A program made the position numbers and the translations under genes. Shown here one piece after another: positions 23,541 to 36,430 of a DNA stretch of 64,000 nt; the first letter of the stretch is position 1, and each line of letters starts with the position of its first letter. The notes under the pieces are model-generated. The model was not told where the DNA came from, did not search any database, and worked only from the letters and a program-made list of their open reading frames with translations. This stretch comes from Raillietiella orientalis (taxonomy: Eukaryota), in assembly GCA_036172245.1 (NCBI GenBank), contig JAYWIR010000013.1, positions 2,232,001 through 2,296,000 on the forward strand. Reading direction: 5' to 3'.

Positions 23541-26500
23541 GAGACGGTGGCGGGAGAGACATACTGCAGGTCGGCCACCTGCGGCAGAGGAGAAAGGGGG
23601 AAGAGACGCCGCGTTGAATCCGAGGGTGAAGGAAGGAAGGGGAGGGGGATTTAACCTCGAAGACGATGTCGCTGGAGTCGTGCAGCCCGATCCGCTCGCC
23701 GTTGGGCAGCGTGAGCACCTTGCTGTCGTCCATTACGGAGTTCATGTTTTCCACCCACGAGGAGTCGACGTCTCCGTCGAACACCAGGAAGCTGCGCTCG
23801 CATCTCTCCGAGGGCCTGTTGATGTCGCGGAAGATCCTGGACAGGATGCCGTCCGTCCACTCGCACGTGGACGGATGAAACGACCCGTAGAGCTCCGTCA
23901 CGCTGTAGGCCTGCGCCGACCCCCGGCCGTCCCGTGAGAGGCGCGAACAGAGCCGCTGGCTCACCTTCGGGTTGAGGACGCACAGTTTGGTCGGCGTCCC
24001 CATTCTGGTGCGCGCGTCCGCCAGGGCACGGATCATCACCGTCTTCCCCACCTCCGTCGGCCCCACGACCATCGCGCAGTGCCTTGCGAGCAGCGTCTCG
24101 TGGAGCTGCACGATCTTGTCGACCTGGGCAGGGACGACCCCATGCCCGTCCCCGCCGACGGACTCCTCGATCGAGGAGCGCAGCTCGGGACTCGCGACCT
24201 TGGAGGACGTCAGCCCGGGAAAGAGATCGGCTAGCAGGCCCAGAAACAGGGGCGCGTCCTCACAGACCAGCTTGGGCAGATTCGTGTCCCTGGAAACGGG
24301 GGGGATGGCAAACAAAAAGCGGTCGGTCGGGTCAGCCGCATCGGACGCTCCCCGAGGACGCACCGACCCCATACCCGCGGTCGAGAGAGGGCAAATCAAG
24401 GGCACCTGAGAGCTCGCATCAGCAGGATCTCCTCGGAAACCTCGGGAAGAGCGCGCCGCAGTCCTCCGGCCGCGGTCAGCACAGACTTGAGTGCTCGCAG
24501 ACCAAAATCGTAGTGGTGCTGCTGAGACAGCTGGGCTTGCGACAGCCTGTAGAGCGCCGTCGCCTTCTTGGACAGAACCTGACATGTGCAAGAGACAAAG
24601 GGAGAAAGAGAGACATGGGGGGAGGATGTGGGAAGGGCGTCGGCACCGCGTGCGCGCGCCATCTCACCTTCGCCGTCAAGAATCCTTCCGCGAGGAGGAC
24701 CACGTAAGAGATGACCTTCAGGTCGGGGATCACGCAGGCGACCGGTCGAAACAGAGACTTCACAGACTGCGGCAAGTCTGCCCCTCTTGCCGCGTGGCCG
24801 GGGTGCATGGTGGCGAAGATGCCCACCTTCGCGTCCAGCGCGACGTCGCAGCCTTCGAACTGGGGAGCTCGCGTTGTCGCGGACGCCCGTTCCTCACCCC
24901 CAACCTTGACCTCACTGACCGAGAAGCGCTGCAGCTGCGCCAGGAGCGCGTGTCGTATGGACTGGACATGCGTGGAGACGACGGACAGGACAGAGACGTC
25001 GATGCGGTTGATCTCGTCGAAGCAGCCCCACGCTCCGCACTGGACCAGACCGGACAGGGTCCGGCCGATCATCTTGGAGTCCATCCCTTCTCCGCAGTTC
25101 GTGACCACACACAGGAGACCCAGGGTCCTGGCAAGGTCCTTGACCGTTTCCGTTTTCCCGGACGCGCACGGTCCTGGAATGCGGGAGGCGTGCCGGGCCT
25201 GCGAGAGGGGACGCCCGCCGAACCTGCGAGGGCGCCTCCGAGGCACGCGGACAGCGCGCGAGTGAGCGTCAGGCGAACCCGGTCGGTCAGCGGAGTGGCC
25301 GCGAGCCTGCCCTGCAGACCCACGTACTCGAAGCCGTACTGAAACTTTCCTGAGGACACATACGCCCGCGGTGACGCCATCCCGGCGATCGGAGGGAACT
25401 CACCGCTGCACTGGCGCACCCACAAGTCGTCCGACTCGGAGCACCAGTAGAAGCGCAGCTGCGACTCCCAGTGAAAATCGTCAGCCCTGACAACGCTGCA
25501 CGAGGGGGGGTAGAAAGGTGCGCTTTTGAAGAAGGGAGATCGCTTCGATGGCCACCGCTTACTTGTTTTGCACGAAAGACTCGACCAGTTCCCTCCTGTG
25601 GGCGTCGACGGTGAGCGCGGCGCCGCACTTGGTCCTGTCGTTGTTCCCCAGGGGAGACCTGACCCGGAGGACGAGCTGCTCGATGCCCTCGTTCAGCGTG
25701 TGGAGGTAGCGCCTCATGGCCTCTCTCGCGCCCTTGCGTGAAAGCGGGTTGAGATGGAGAACGCCAGAGCGCGCCCTTCCATACCTGCTGGATTTCCTCA
25801 AAGACGTGCTCCACCTCCGCGGTCCACCACACCTCGCTGGCAGACAGCGCCACCATGACTTGGTAGTCGGATATCCAGGCAGCCCTGGAGATCCGGCAGG
25901 AGGGAGCGGGAGTGGGTGGGCGCCAACGCGGCGGCGGCGGCGGCGGCGCGTGTCCCCCGACTCACCTCGGCTTCCCCGTCTTGGCGTACTCGTAGATGGC
26001 CTTCTTGGTCGCGAAGCAGCTGGAACTCTGCATCTCGGCGACGACCGCGCTCATCCACTGCTCCACCTTCCCGGAGACCGGTACGTGCTGGCGGAAGGGA
26101 AGCTCCTCGCCCTCGCAGGAGACGAGCGACGCCACGCTCCACCGGCAGTGGTCGGGCTCTCCGCCAATGCCCAGCTCGCGGACGCGGTCGAACATCTGCG
26201 CCGGGGGAGGAAAAGGAGGAGGCCGCGGATGCGGTCGGAAGAGCCCCGCGCGGGCGTACCTTGGGTGTGTATTCCTGGATGGCGTGCGGCTCCTTGCTGC
26301 CGAGGATGAGGAACAGCTCCTCGTCCGAGACGAAGAAGAACCTGGCGAAGGCGCGCCTCCCTGCATCCAGGTAGGCAACGAGCATCTTCTGACACCTGTC
26401 CAGGTCCCCGTTCAGGCGCGTCAGCTCCTGCAGGCGGCCGGGAGCCAGGCACTGCCTCCGGACGAGGGGCTGCTCGCAAACGCCCTCCATGATCTGCGGG

Positions 26501-29500
26501 GTTCGGCGGGCGCCGCGTGTCTCCCGACCTCTCCTGGCCCAGCGCGCAGGAGGGTCGCACCCCTCTCACCTCTCTGAACGCCGCGTCCAAGGAGTCGAAG
26601 TACTCGACCTCCGCCGGCAGATGGGTTCTGACGTCCCCGTCCAGCAGCGTCCCTTCCAGGTACATCCACCTCCTCTGAACCTCCAGCCAAACTTCCAGGA
26701 CTTCAAGTATGCGGGACAGGCTACGCTCCCACTCCTGCACGTCTCGCAGGAAGGGCACCGCGTGCCTGTTTCGGGGGCGGCGCTCCGAACGGCGCACGGC
26801 CTGTTGCTAGCGCCTCACCTCGACAAGCTCATGTTCTGCAGGCGCATCAGGTGGTCCTCCAGGACCTCGAAGACGCCTTCGACCTCGGTCAGCACGTGCC
26901 CTCGTCGCGAGGAGTTTTTGACGAACGGCACCACGTGGAACTCGAGCCTCCCCCATTTCTGAAACGCCCAATGGGGTCCGCTTTCCGTGCGCAGCGCGGG
27001 AGGGTCGGTTGCAGGGCTGCCCAACCCATCCCCCTGCCCTCCCTCCCTTCCTCCCTCCAGGAGGCGCTCACCTCGGACATCTCGGAGATGGCCGCTTCGA
27101 TACACATCTCCTTGGTGGCCGCCTCCACGATGGCGGACACGACGGCGGGCACCTTGTGCAGGTCCGCGGCAAGCAAGGTGCCCAGGGAGAGCTGCTGGTC
27201 CACGTGGAAGGAGGTGCCTGCAAAGCCCGGCGCCCGGTTCGCCCCGTGGTCGCGCGCACCCGCCCCGCCCCTACCTGTCGCCTCCATCAGCGCTCGCCAG
27301 TGCCGCTTCCGCAAAGCCTCGGACTTGAGCTCCACCAGCAGAGGGATGGTGGCCTTGAAGTCCTCCACGCGGTCTTGAAGGCACCGGCACAGGGGCAGAG
27401 CTCTGGTGCTCGCAGGGAAAGCTTCCAAGGCCTCGAGGAAGGAACCCGCCGCCCTGGCCAGGACGTCCGCGTCCAGGTGCACCCACAGCGTCTTGGACCA
27501 CTCGTCAGCGGCAAGCTGAAACCGCCTCCTGTCGCCAAAGAAGTGCTGGCGCCGCAGGTGCAGTGAAGGACCGTCCGTCCGTTGCCGGAAGTCGCTCCGG
27601 GCCACGTCTTGCGCGCGTTCCCGCCCAGGGACGCGGCGACCCGTCCAAGCCTGGCTCCGGTTCAGAACGCGTGCCACTGAGCACAACATTGGGGAAAATG
27701 CCCGGAGCGGTGCAGTCCCGGCCGGCCGCTGCTCGACTCGCCTCCAGCCTGGGCCGCCGCATGCCAGCATCCCTAGGGATGACTAGGGAGCAACGGCCCG
27801 CAGCGAAGGGGAAAGCTCTCCAGGGCGACTCCCCACACGAACAAGGGGTGCCCTCCGGACCCTCCAGCCAGCTTCCACCGATGCCTCCCGGCGCTGCCGA
27901 CGCGACAGAGCGACTGCTCCGGCAAGGCAGGAACGTCGCTGGAGTCCCGGATAGGTTCCAGTGCCACGAAAAGCTCAGCCCCGTGGAAGGCGGGTGGCAA
28001 GGGAGCGCTCGCTGTCGGGAGAGCACCCGCGGCGTCCGTCGGTAGGTCTGTCGTCGCCGCGACCCCGTCGGGGGCAGCCCCTTGTTTTTCCAAGATAGCG
28101 GCGGGCGGATACCCAAGGGAGGGTGGACGCTCGCGCGCGTTACCTTCAGCCGGCTGTAGAGCGCGAAGATGCAGTCGGTGGCCTCGAGGCGCCTCTGCAC
28201 ATCCGAGTGCTTGGGGTAGGCGGTGACCGGCAGGCCGAGGAGCCTTTCCGCGCTGACCAGCTCCTGCCGCCTCGCTTCCAGAACGGCGAACTCCTCCTTG
28301 AAGCCCTGCAGCCAGAAGAACAGGAGAAAACACTGCTGCTGAGCGGAGGGCGGGGCGAGGCGCTGCGTCTCCTCTCCTCCCTCCCCCCTCCTTCTCCCCG
28401 CGGCACGCGCGGGCGGGCGGCGACACTGAGCAAAGGCCGCCCGCCTCTCAGGGTCCCAGCGCGCAGAGCGGCGCGTGAGCGGAAGGCAGTCGGCGAGATG
28501 GCAGCAGCGCCGCAGCGACAGCTACGCGCAGCTCTGCAACGACGACGACCGCGCGCCCATCTGAGGCGCAGTTCGGCCGCGGCTGCGGAGATGGAGCACC
28601 AGGAGGGGGGAGGGAAATTGCTCCGTGCCCGTCGTCACCCGCTCCGAGGCGCGCCCAAGAGCGGCCTCCCACCCCGGGGAAGGGAACACCCCGTCCCCGC
28701 GCCTCCCTGGTGCGAATGCAGGGATTCGGGGACAACGCGGTGCCGTGGAGGAGGGTGGTCCAGGATGGAGCCTGAGGCGCTGGCGCATCCTGGCGGTAAC
28801 CAGGGAGGGTGCCTCGGGGCACTCTCCCCCCGAGGAACACCAACACAGAGAAGGAGGGGGAGAGGGGAAGTTGCAATTGTTGCCGCCGGCAGAGGAGGGA
28901 GCCGCCGCTCCGAGGCGCGCTAGGAGCAGAAGAGATGCCGCCGTCCAAAGAGCGAGGCGATGCCTGGCGGAAAGAAGGAGGAGTTTCCGGGTCCACCCGG
29001 GAAGAGCTGCCCTTCCCCGTGCGCCCCTTGCGACCGCTGAGATAGGGGTGCGCGAAAGGCGCGCCATCTCCGGGACGATGACCTGGGAGGGTAGGAGGCT
29101 GCGCCGTTTTTCGCTCGCGTCGCCGGAAACGCGGCTGCTCCCGGGCTCCAGTCACCCGTCCTCCGGAGGGGAGAGGCCTCGGACTCCCCTCGGGTGCGCG
29201 GAACTTTGGCGGACTGGACGGGAAGGGTGAACGTGCGCGCCGATTGGCCTCTGCCGGGGGTGCGCGGACGCGATTGGCCGGCTTCGTGGCCGCTTGAGTT
29301 CGCTCCCCGCCAGCGCGAAGAGAGCAAAGCTGACGCGTCGGCACTGACCTGCAGCGACCTGAAGACGGCGTCCAAGTCCCCGCCCTCGGGGGCGTCCAGT
29401 TGGCTCCTGCCCAGGCGCGAGTGAAGCTCGTTTGCACTCCGCTGCAAGTCCTCGACGCCCAGCCGCGTGGCAGCTCTGAGCGCTTCCTTCTGGCCGGACA

Positions 29501-29757
29501 GCTGCGCGTCGGCCGCCTCCGCTGCGCCGACGAGCCTGCGCCAGGCGGCGGGCAGGCCCGCGACTGCCCTGCCCTCGATCTCACCGACCTGCGGGGGGAA
29601 CCGCGCGGCTCCGAAAGGGACATCGTGGACACCGCCCGCCCGCTCACCTCGACGCCCCACATCCTCAGGGCCCTGTAGCACTCGCCGAGGTCCCGGATTT
29701 GCAGCTCCACCTCGAATGACCACCCGCGGACCTCGGCCACAGCCCGCAGGACGCGCC
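23539..29757 (-). repeat. Right arm of the inverted duplication (the part whose partner is inside the window)
   Basis: Identity ends sharply at 6219/23539: ...CCGTCTCCC|GCTGC on + versus ...CCGTCTCCC|TTCAT in the copy. Confidence 0.97.
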
Positions 29758-32700
29758 TCAGCTCGCCGACGTCTCTCGCGGCCGTCGCCGCCTCCACGCC
29801 GCTCCGGAGGGCCTGCGCGCGTCCCTGAGACCACCCCTCGGGCGATTCCCGCCTACGTTCATCTTCTTGACCAGGGCGTCCAGCTGGAGGCGCGCCCTCC
29901 TGTGGAGACCGCCGCCGAGAAGACGCACCCACTGGCGCGCGTGCCTCTTCAGGTCGTCCGCCAGGCCGCCCATCCTTATCCTGGCGAGCGAGCGCGCGCG
30001 GGTGAGCGGCCTGCGCTATGGGACGCGGCAGGGTCACTTACTCGATGCACCCCCGCTGCGCGGTCTCCTCGGCTGCGCCCAGCTCTTCGGCGATGCCTAT
30101 GTAGTGCTGGCACTCCTCGTCCAGCTGCGGAACCGTCGGCGCCCCCTCGAGGAACGCCTCGCAGACGGACGGACGGTCCTCCCTCCACAGCTGCCTGTAG
30201 ACGTCGAACCTGCGACGGGAAGGAAGGAAGGAAGGGGGAGGGGAACACGTGGGGGTATCTCTTCCTGCGGGGCTCGCCCACCCTACCTGCGCGACAGACT
30301 GCAGACGCTGTCGATCAGCTGCCGCGCGCCGCCCTCCAGGCGCTCCACGGCTCCCGCAACGTCCGGGTGGTTGGCGACGTCGGGGAAGAAGGAGAAGACG
30401 TGCGGGTCCTGGGCCCCTGCAACCTTGCCTGCGGCCACCTCCACGCACGTGCCGTCCGACCAGCGAATCAGCAGCTTGGTACTGGTCCAGGAAGCCCAGC
30501 AGTGAGTGGCTGGCTCTGCTCCCCAGGCGCGTGCGCGCGCGCGCGCAAGAGGACGGTGGCCACCTCCTGCCTGCCCGCTGGGGGCAACCCTGCGCGACAG
30601 CGGACGAGCCGCCGCCTCGGGGGCGCTTCCACCTTCAGGAGCGGAAGGAGTGCGGAGGAGGAGAGGCTGCGAACGGGACCGCCCGCCCTCTCGGCCGCCG
30701 CCGGAAAACGGAGGGGAAGAGCACGTGGATGGCAGAGGAAGGTCGACTGACAGCAGCACTGCGGGCTGCGGGGCGCGCCGAGAGGGGTGCCAGCTGCTCG
30801 CCAATTGGAAACTCAGGATTGCCAGGATCGCCTCTTGCTTGATTCTGTGCCTCTTCTGCCTGCCTGTCTCGGTGCCCGTTTGGCGATGCGGGCGGCCGCC
30901 GTAGGTGCGGTAGGCAGGTGCGTTGGCGCCAGCGAGACGACTGCCCAGCTCCGGTCGGGTTTCCGGAAATGCCGCGGGGGACGCTTGCTTTCCCCACTTC
31001 CTGCCCCGAAGAGGTCTCCGCCGCGCGCCCGCGGGCACGGACTCTGTTCCTACGGGAACGGATCGCTCCCGAACGCGGTCCCCGCGGGGATGCGCGCACC
31101 GGCGCGCGAGGAAAGGCCTCCGCGCAGCCAGTCGCAGGCTTCGCTCTCTTCGCCCTGCGAGCCGCGCGCGCCAGAGAGCCGGGTGAAAACCGGCTCGCGA
31201 CGCGGGAATTGCGCGCTCCCCGTGTGGCGCGGTGCGCTCCGAAGGAAGCAGCGCGGACGAGTGGGCGAGCGGTCTCGTCCACTTTTCGACCGCACCAGGC
31301 GCGACCTCTCTCCGGGAGAAGGAAAAGAGCGCCTGGTCTCGTCCGCTGCCGCCGGAACGTCCCGGGCAAACCCGGAGGCAAAGTTGCGCGCGCAGATGGC
31401 GCGCTCGGCAGACGCGAGGGACTCCCATCGGAGCGCCGTCGAATCGGAGCGCACCGGGCGCGCGCCCCCGCGGGAGGCGGCCCAGAGCTCGCGTGCAGGA
31501 GGGCGGCCGATGCGAAGGGGGGCGCGCGGACCCGTTGGCTTCTTACTTCTCCCTTTCCACCCCCTCCAAAGAAAGGGAGGTGCAGGCGTTCCCCTCCGGA
31601 CGCGACCTCCCGCGCGAAAGGGATCGTCGTCCACCGTCCCCACTCACGTGTCGACGATGTCCTTGGCGTACAGCAAAATCATTTTGAGGATTTCGTTCGG
31701 TGCGGGGGAGAGGACGACCTCCGGCGGGACGAGGACGGTCTCCACGTAAAAGAGCGGGTCTCCGTGGACGAGCGCGTAGCTGAAGTCGTCCAGGTTCGCC
31801 GACACCATCCTGGAAAGCGCGCACGTCTACGTCGGGGAGGCGGCATCTCCCACCCGCTCTCTGCTGGAGCCCCCCACGCAGCAGCAGCAGCCGCCCGAAG
31901 GACGCGCGCGGCGGCGGCATCTCGGTCGAAGCAGGCAGGGCACGGAGGGGGGGGAGTCACCTCAGGGCGCTTTCGTAGAGCCTCATCTCCCAAGAGGAGT
32001 AGAGCCCGGCCATCAGGGGCTCCCTGCCGGTGCTCCCGTTCACGACCAGGCTCTCCAGCTTGATCAGGAATGGCGGTACCGAGCGGTACTTGCGGACCAG
32101 AACCTTCTCCTCGTGCGACTTCACCTTCTCCAGGTAGCTGAAGAACTCCTGGAGAGGAAGGTGCGCACCGCCCCGTGACTTCGGGTCTACCTTGCACTTC
32201 ATCCTGCAGGCCTTCTGGGGAGTCGCCTGGCTGCCGGCGACGTCCTTGCGAGACACCCGGAAGATGCGGGTCTCAGCTATGGAGCACACCTCGCGGCACA
32301 GGCTGTCCTCGATCTTTTGCGTCTGCAGGATGACGTTCTCCAGGGAGCTCAGCTGCGCCGCGGCCCTCTGGATGTACTCCGGCAGAACCAAAGAGTTCCA
32401 ATTGACGCGCCGGCACCCCGCCTGCAGCGTCTCCTCCAGCGGAAGAAACAGAGGCCTCAGGTAGCTCTGCGGGCAAAAGCTCGTGGCAGGCCGCTCAGCG
32501 GGGACGGTTCGATTTTCCGGGACGGAGGCGGCCGCGAGCGGCGAGGTCGCCGAAGGGACGGGCGGACGAACCTTTTCGTGGAAGGCCGACAACTTCTGGT
32601 ATCTCTTTAGCACATCTTCCAGCTCCGTGATGTACGAAAAATACTTGGCTTCCTGCAGGGCCACGCTCTTTGCCAGCTCGGGGACGCCGAACCGTTGCTT

Positions 32701-35700
32701 CTCCAGGAGTTTCGTCTCGGTAATGATCTCCCTCAACTTCTTGCTGTAGTTCACTCGGAAGAGCACGCGACGGTCTGAAAATGTCAAGAAATGGTCCGCT
32801 TTCGCGGCGGTGGAGCGGTCTCCGGGGATGAGGGACGGGCAGCAGTCGGCAGGATGGAAGGCCGGCACAGTTGCTCTTTGACGGAACCTCGCCCAGCGCC
32901 AGCGCGCCCGCTATCGGTCGCTCCCGGAGAAAGCGCGGGTGGGTCCTGCGCGCGAGAGGCAGGGCACGCAAAGGCGAGCGCCTCCAGGGCTAGCAAGACG
33001 ACTTGCAGCGAGCAGAAAAGGGGAAGGAAAGAAAAAAGAGCGGCTCTGCGGTCCGGGAGCGCGGGAAAGAGGAGGAGCAAGAAGGAAAGACCGAATCGAA
33101 AAAACGCCGGTTCTCTTCCCTTACCGGTTCACCGTCGTAAAAGCCGCTGACCCCGATCTCGCTCTGGTGCCGTCGGAATCCACCCTCTGAGCGGATTGCG
33201 AGAGCTGCGGCTCTCCCCCCCCCCCCCCTTCACCTGAAGCGATAGAACCGCGGGCGCCAGCACGAGATGCTCCTCCTGCAAGTTGCACCGCTGTGTCTCT
33301 CTCGTTTTGTACGATTCCGCTTTATAGTATCGCCCTCCCCACCCCACCCTTTCCCCGCTCGCCTGGCGATCCGAGGAGCCGTAGAGCACAGACGGCTGCA
33401 GCGGTCGCGTGTCGGGTAGGACGACACTGGGCGCCCCAGGCCTCCTGCCGGCCCGGCGCGCTCGCTTCTCGCTCACCGCTGCCCAGCTCCTCGATGTAGA
33501 CGGGCATCTTCAGCAGCGACGGCAGGACCTTCTCCGACTTGTCCCTCCACGCCAGCACTTTGGCCGCTTCGTAGTCCTTCAGCTGGTGCCCCGTGCGCAG
33601 GTAGTGCGACTTCACCTGCGGAACGCACCCGCCTTCTCATGCTGGCGCGAGCCGCGACCACTCGCGCTTACGGCTGCGCCTTCCTCCGAGTCCATCAGTT
33701 CGGCTATCTTCAGGAACTTCAGCATGGGCGCCTTGATGCGCTGCAGCAGCATGCGCTCCCAGTAGACCGCTCCCGCCACCTCGGGGTAGCCCTTGAACAC
33801 GGGAGGGCAGTCCTTCTTTTTCTGGAAGGAGACAGGAAAGTGAGCTCGCCCGCGCCGCCTCCTCCTCCCCGCAGCGTGCGGGCCGAACGAGTCGGAGAGA
33901 GTGTCGGGGCCGAGCCCCCGAGGGCAAGGGGGCGCCTCGAAGGAAGATGGGTCCTGGGAAGGGGGGCGGCGGCGCCCTACCTGGAAAGTGGCGAGCGTGT
34001 CGTCCACCTCCTTCCGGTACTGCTGCATGATGACGCTGCGCTTGCTGCCGATGACGTCACGGATGGCGGGGCGCGTCTCCGCGCCTTGGAACCTCTCCAA
34101 CAGCTCCAGAGCAGCGCTCGATGACCTGCGACGCAGGCAACCGGTCACAAGAGGTGGGCACGGGTGGGCACGTCCGGATCCGCGCCCAGGCCAGGCGATA
34201 CCGAGGTGTGCCAACTCGGAGGCGCAGCCGAGAGAACAGGGAAATCCCCTCCCCTCCCCCCTTCCTCTACAGCGGTGCGTAACCCCCGAGCACTTGAAGG
34301 AACAGCGCGGAAGCCGGCCGCGAGGCGTGGAGGCGGCGCGGGTGCCGGAAAAGTGGCTCGGAAAATGCGCGGCGGCGCGAGCGAGAGCGCCGCGGAAGGG
34401 ACCGAACGTCCTCCACCTGGGAAAACTGGCAGTCTTGACCGGGGGACGATGGTCCACACGTGGATGGAGGGGAGATGGGGAGGAAGAAGACGGCGCCTCG
34501 AGGGAGCGTCACCGGCATCCGCGCGCCGAACCGAAGGGACGGGCAAAGGACGCCCACGGCGGCAGCTGCTACCAGAGAGAGGCTGCTGCGGGAAGCCACG
34601 TGCGAGCGCCTCGGTGATGCGCTGGCTGTCCGGGATGCAGCCTCCCGAGCGAAAAAGAGGAAGCTCTGCTGCACCACGGCGCGCTCGCAGTTCCAGCAAG
34701 TGGCCGCTCTTTCCGGTTTCGAGACCATTGGAAGTGACGCGAGCTCGGAACGGGGAGCCTGCTGCTTCGTCCTGGGAGAGCCGGCAGCCGAGGGCACGGC
34801 GGACCCCGCCGCAGCGGCACGTATGCGCTCCGCGTGCTCTGACCGTCCGGGACCCCCCCCCTTCCCCCCCAGTGGCGATTCGTGTGCGCGCGCACATTCG
34901 CTCCAGAATGGAGCACCGCTCTCCACTGCTCTGAGAACATGCCCGAAGGCATGTTTTCCAAGTGCGGGTCGCGTCGGAAGATCCACCTTGCTCCCTCCCC
35001 ACCAAAATCATCGGCCAGCCCGCCAAGGTCAGCGTCGTCAACCTGCGAGCCGACACACAGGTTCGGAGTGTTTCGGGACGGACGCCGCTTGCTACCATCT
35101 CCAGTGGCAACCTGTGGGCGCGTTGAGGACACGCAAAGCTGCAGCTGCCTCCTGCATGTCCTGCGAGGCGAGGGACGAGGACGGCAGACTGCGTGCATCG
35201 CTCGTGGCCATGACCTCAGAGCAGGATTGTTGCGAGAGGACCGAGTCAGCGTGGTCGCACTCGTCTGTCGCCCACGTGCGGCGGCGGAGCTCTCCTTTTC
35301 CGCACCGCAAGTCCAGGACAGCGGTGACTGGTGGTGGAGGCGGGAAGACCCCGGAAAGGGAGAAGCTGGAAGACGCCCTGTGCCTCTCCGCCGCTTGCTG
35401 CGGGGCGCGGCGACCTGGCAACCGGCCGAGGCAGCAACCATCCGGGCGAAAGGGCAACTCTCAACCGCGTGCGGCTTGTCGGCTCAGGCTGGCGCACCCC
35501 CTTCTTCCGCTTCAAGAGAAGGCGAGCGCCGCCGCTCCCAGCGCCGAAATTTCCGCGTGCAATAAGCGCCTACGGCACGGAGCATCCGCGACGACGTGGT
35601 GGTGCGGCAGATGGCGATGAGGGAGGCGCACCATTCCATCATCTCCGCTTCGTTTCGCTCCCGAAAGCTGCATCTGCGCGTCCCCGCCTGCCCGCCAGCG

Positions 35701-36290
35701 AAGCGGGAAGCTCGCCGTAAGGGTCCTCCCCTTGCGGCTGCGCGAGGGGACGCGGAAGAACACGGAAGGGAAGGAGGAGAGGGCCACACGGAAGGACACG
35801 TCGTCAAGGTTCCGCTCGGCTGGAAGGTTCGTGCCGGCAGCGACATCTTCCGGGATCCTTCGGAGACCGTGAAATGGGACGCAGAGAGCGCCTCTCTCCA
35901 CCCCGCGGGTTCCTGCAGAACTGGCGCGAAGCGAACTTCCCCCGAGGGTGTCTCTGCGGAACCACAGCCCTCTCACTCCGCTGCAGCCTCTTCCCCCGCC
36001 ATCGAGACCTTCCCTTCCAAAGGGGGAGGTGCCAGGGGAGGGGAGGGTGAGAACGCAGCAGAGCACGGAGCCTCGGAAGCTCACGGAGCGCGCTGTCGCT
36101 CGGGCCTCTCCAGGTGGCTCTGCAGGAGAATAGGATTCCAGCGGAAGAGGGTGGCAGTCCTTTGCCCGCAGTGCGGGTTTCTCGCGAGCGGAAGTGGCGG
36201 TCCCAGGGGAGGGAGCGGAACGCGCGCAACTGTCCCGGCCGTGGGGGAGAGTGGTGCGGGGGACAAGAAGGCGATTGCAGTGCGCGCTCG

Positions 36291-36430
36291 GCACCCCGGG
36301 ATGGGGGTCCTCCCTATGAATCCAAGAAGGGCTCGGATTCCGTTCCTCTCACGCTTGGGGAGGGATCCCCAGGAGGGGAAGGGATGGGGGGATCGCTCCT
36401 CTTACCCTGGTTGTCTCCGAAGGGGAACCC
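36291..36430. repeat. Interspersed repeat fragment in a dynein intron
   Basis: GCACCCCGGGATGGGGGTCCTCCCTATGAATCCAAGAAGG...CCCTGGTTGTCTCCGAAGGGGAACCC aligns in the same orientation with 54605-54734. Confidence 0.8.
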
